A stretch of 64,000 bases of DNA from Basidiobolus meristosporus CBS 931.73. Taxonomy: Eukaryota > Fungi > Basidiobolomycota. Where the stretch lies: positions 33,840 to 97,839 of the forward strand of contig MCFE01000308.1 of the NCBI GenBank assembly GCA_002104905.1. The letters run 5' to 3'. Positions 61,189 through 64,000 of this stretch are shown here, piece by piece. The position numbers and the translations under genes are program-made. The notes under the pieces are model-generated. The model was not told the origin of the DNA, did no database searches, and saw nothing but the letters and a program-made list of their open reading frames with translations. The first letter of the stretch is position 1; every line of letters starts with the position of its first letter.

Positions 61189-64000
61189 TGTTGCAATTTA
61201 AGAAGTGATTTGGATATAAGGAACTTATCAAGAAATAGTGATAATAGTTGAACTGTTGTTTATTCATAAAGAAGCTCAGTATTTATACCTTTGTAGAAGT
61301 AATACAGCTGCAACACTAAGTAGGGAGGGTTTCTCAATATTCAGGAGCATTCTGTAACAGTTTCAGGGTTAGTACATAATGTTTGGTAATAGTGCTAATT
61401 TGATCCTGACTATAGGGGAATAATCATAAGATCATATATCTGGAGAAAGTGGCGAAGTAAAGGCAGTAAATGAGTCCTACAGTGACTAAGACTAGCCTAG
61501 AATTGTTAAGTAAATTTTTAGCTGCTGAATGATACCAAATAGTCCAATATTTCAACACTCCCCCTCAACTAAATAATTTCTTAATCCCAATTTCTCTCTA
61601 AGGATCTCAAACTGTGGCCTAGCTAGTGGTTTTGTCAATATGTCTGCCACCATTTTGTCAGTTGGGCAGTAAACCAGCTCTACTAAGTTATTTTCTACAG
61701 CTTCCCTCACAAAGTGATGCTGTATATCAATGTGCTTAGTTCTGGCATGATTAGTAGGATTTCTAGCTAATGAAATACAACTTTGATTATCCTTGTAAAT
61801 ACATGTTGGTTCACCTGAATTAAAACCTAAGTCTTTGAATAATTTTTGTAGCCATATAGCCTCCTTAGTTGCTTGACATGCAGCCATATATTCGGCTTCA
61901 GTTGTAGATAGTGCCACAGTTGGTTGTTTCTTGCAATTCCAAGTAATAGCTGCACCAGCATAAAGAAATACATAGCCTGTGGTAGAGCGTCTGTCAATCA
62001 GATCTCTACCCCAATCTGAATCACTATAACCATCAAATTTTCGCCTATTAGCTGCTCCAGAGTATTCCAGTACCATATTTATGGTACCTTGTAGATATCT
62101 GAAAATCCGCTTAACTGCTGCAATTTGATCTGATCCATAATTCTGCATGAATTGACTGACTATTCCAACTGCTACTGCAATATCTGGACGTGTAGACACC
62201 ATCAAGTACATTAGGCTACCGACCATTGATTGATAGGGAAAGTTTTGGTCCATATTTGAGCCGTTTTCATTCATAACTGACTGAGATTTGCTTAATTTCA
62301 GGTTATTGTCCATAGGGGTTGCTGCAGGTTTGCAATTTTCCATTTTGAAGCGTCTAAGAATGTCCCTGATGTACTTAGACTGATTCAGCACAATTTTCTG
62401 CGTAGGTATGTCAAATTTGACCTCAATTCCAAGAAAATAGCTCAATTTTCCAAGATCTTTCATCTCAAACTTGCTGAAGAGATCTGATTTTGTCTGTTTA
62501 AGTGCCTCTTGATCACTTGTAGCTATAATTAGGTCGTCCACATAAAGAACTAGGATGATCACACCCTTTTTGAGCTGTTTCACATATATACTGTGATCTG
62601 CAGTGCTACGAGAGAACCCAATTTCCTCTAGATATGTGGCAATCTTGTTATACCATGCTCTGGGTGCCTGCTTAAGCCCATACAACGATTTTCTAAGTTT
62701 GCACACCTTATGGGGGCTTTTTGGATCGGTAAAACCTTCTGGTTGCTCCATATATATAGTTTCTTGCAAATCCCCATTTAGAAAGGCTGTTTTGACGTCC
62801 ATTTGGTGTAGATCTAGACTGTGTACAGCTGCCAGGGCTAGAACTGTCCTAATAGAGTTAAACTTGGCAACCGGAGCAAATGTTTCCTTAAAGTCTAGTC
62901 CCTGGATCTGGGAATAGCCTTTAGCTACCAATCTAGCCTTGTACTTATCAACGGCACCATTTGAGGTTATCTTGATCTTATAGACCCATCTACATCCTAT
63001 TGGCTTTCTCCCATTTGGTAAATCTACCAGTTCCCACGTTTTTGCCTTGATCAGTGATTGGTACTCCTCCTGCATGGCTTGTTGCCACTTAGTAGCATCT
63101 GGACCTTGCATTGCCTGTTCCAGATTCTGAGGTTCGGCACATAAGGCAAGATAAGCTTCTTCATGATCATTGGATGTCTGCCACCAGGATCCAGGGGCAT
63201 TTCTTATTCTGGTAGATCTCCTAACTGGGATAATCTGTTCTGATCTGGAACTGGTAGAAGTATCTTCCATCTCTGGCTGGATTTGGTACGTATCTTCTTC
63301 ATTTGTGTTGATTGCATCATCAGGCAGCTGGCCAATGATTTCTGTGGCTTTCTGATCTGAATTCTCCTCAAATACAACGTCCCTGCTCTTGATCAGCTTC
63401 TGAATCTCGCCATCATACACTCTATACCCTTTAGTACCTTCACAATACCCAAGAAAGATCCCTTTTCTACTCTTTGGTTCCAACTTTGAGCGTTTTTTGT
63501 CAGGGATGTGATAAAAAACATCACTGCCAAAGATCCTGAGGTGCTGGAGATCTGGTTTTTTGCCTGTATATGCTTCAAAGGGTGTAGAATCACGTAGTGC
63601 TGTTGTTGGGCATCTGTTCTTGATGTATACAGCGGTAGCAACAGATTCAGCCCAAAACTTGTAGTCCATTCCCTTATCATGTAGCATAGATCTTCCCATC
63701 TCTACTATTGTTCTGTTTGCACGTTCTGCTACTCCATTTTGCTGTGGAGTATGAGGAACTGTGGTCTGTTGAAGTATACCAGTAGACAAGCAGTATTTTG
63801 CAAACTCCTTTGAGCAGTATTCTCCTCCATTGTCACTTCGTAGTACCTTCAATTTACACCCAGTTTGTGTTTCTGCCATGTTCTTGAAGTGCTTAAACGT
63901 CTCTAAAGCTTCATCCTTTGTTTTGAGGAAGTACACCCATGTATATCTTGTCTTGTCATCAATAAACGTCATAAAGTATCTCTTGGCTCCAAAGGACAGT
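61189..64000 (-). mobile_element. Young Ty1/copia family D element (3' LTR 61189-61557, PPT, open integrase-RT-RNase H ORF of at least 806 aa), continuing past the right edge
   Basis: Uninterrupted ORF 61552-63972: RSDNGGEY, NGVAERANR, HQMDVKTAFLNG, LYGLKQ, LYVDD, YSDSDW, TEAEY, ADILTK. The stop codon lies in the LTR (GAG TGT TGA). Confidence 0.97.

Noticed and set aside
59254-64000. A single copia with an internal inversion
   Set aside because: 63936-64000 duplicates 61128-61190 with 3 substitutions, which a simple inversion would not produce; two nested copies fit better.
1-64000. rRNA, tRNA or snRNA genes
   Set aside because: No conserved signature recognised by eye; the only tRNA-related sequences are primer-binding sites. 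tRNAscan-SE or Infernal would be needed to exclude them.

Overview
Eukaryotic, almost certainly fungal, DNA. The evidence is short GT-AG introns with CTAAC branch points, a Yck/Cki-type casein kinase I and a GPI-type wall protein; an early-diverging lineage is my inference. The window has two halves. Positions 1-27.7 kb are gene-bearing: a tandem array of three intronless, bacterial-type M13 (neprilysin/PepO) secreted zinc endopeptidases, a GPI-anchored Ser/Thr/Gly-rich protein, casein kinase I and the N-end-rule E3 ligase UBR1, all on the minus strand. Positions ~27.7-64 kb hold no host gene I can recognise. They are a CpG-depleted pile of nested transposons: three Ty1/copia LTR families sharing a half-tRNAiMet primer site, two Ty3/gypsy families, two decayed CACTA/EnSpm (Tnp2) transposases, a ~690 bp palindrome and a minisatellite. 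The most interesting signals are: (i) the M13 paralogues are near-identical and mosaic except at the loops that line the substrate pocket; (ii) a young copia has inserted antisense into its own sibling, giving a potential hairpin-RNA (Mu-killer-like) locus; (iii) a three-deep LTR-in-LTR-in-LTR nest with readable target-site duplications; (iv) a probable 6.3 kb inversion with a 9 bp breakpoint duplication; (v) a 10-15 bp motif that recurs at five module junctions. I found no rRNA, tRNA or CRISPR array. Counts and identities are by-eye estimates.
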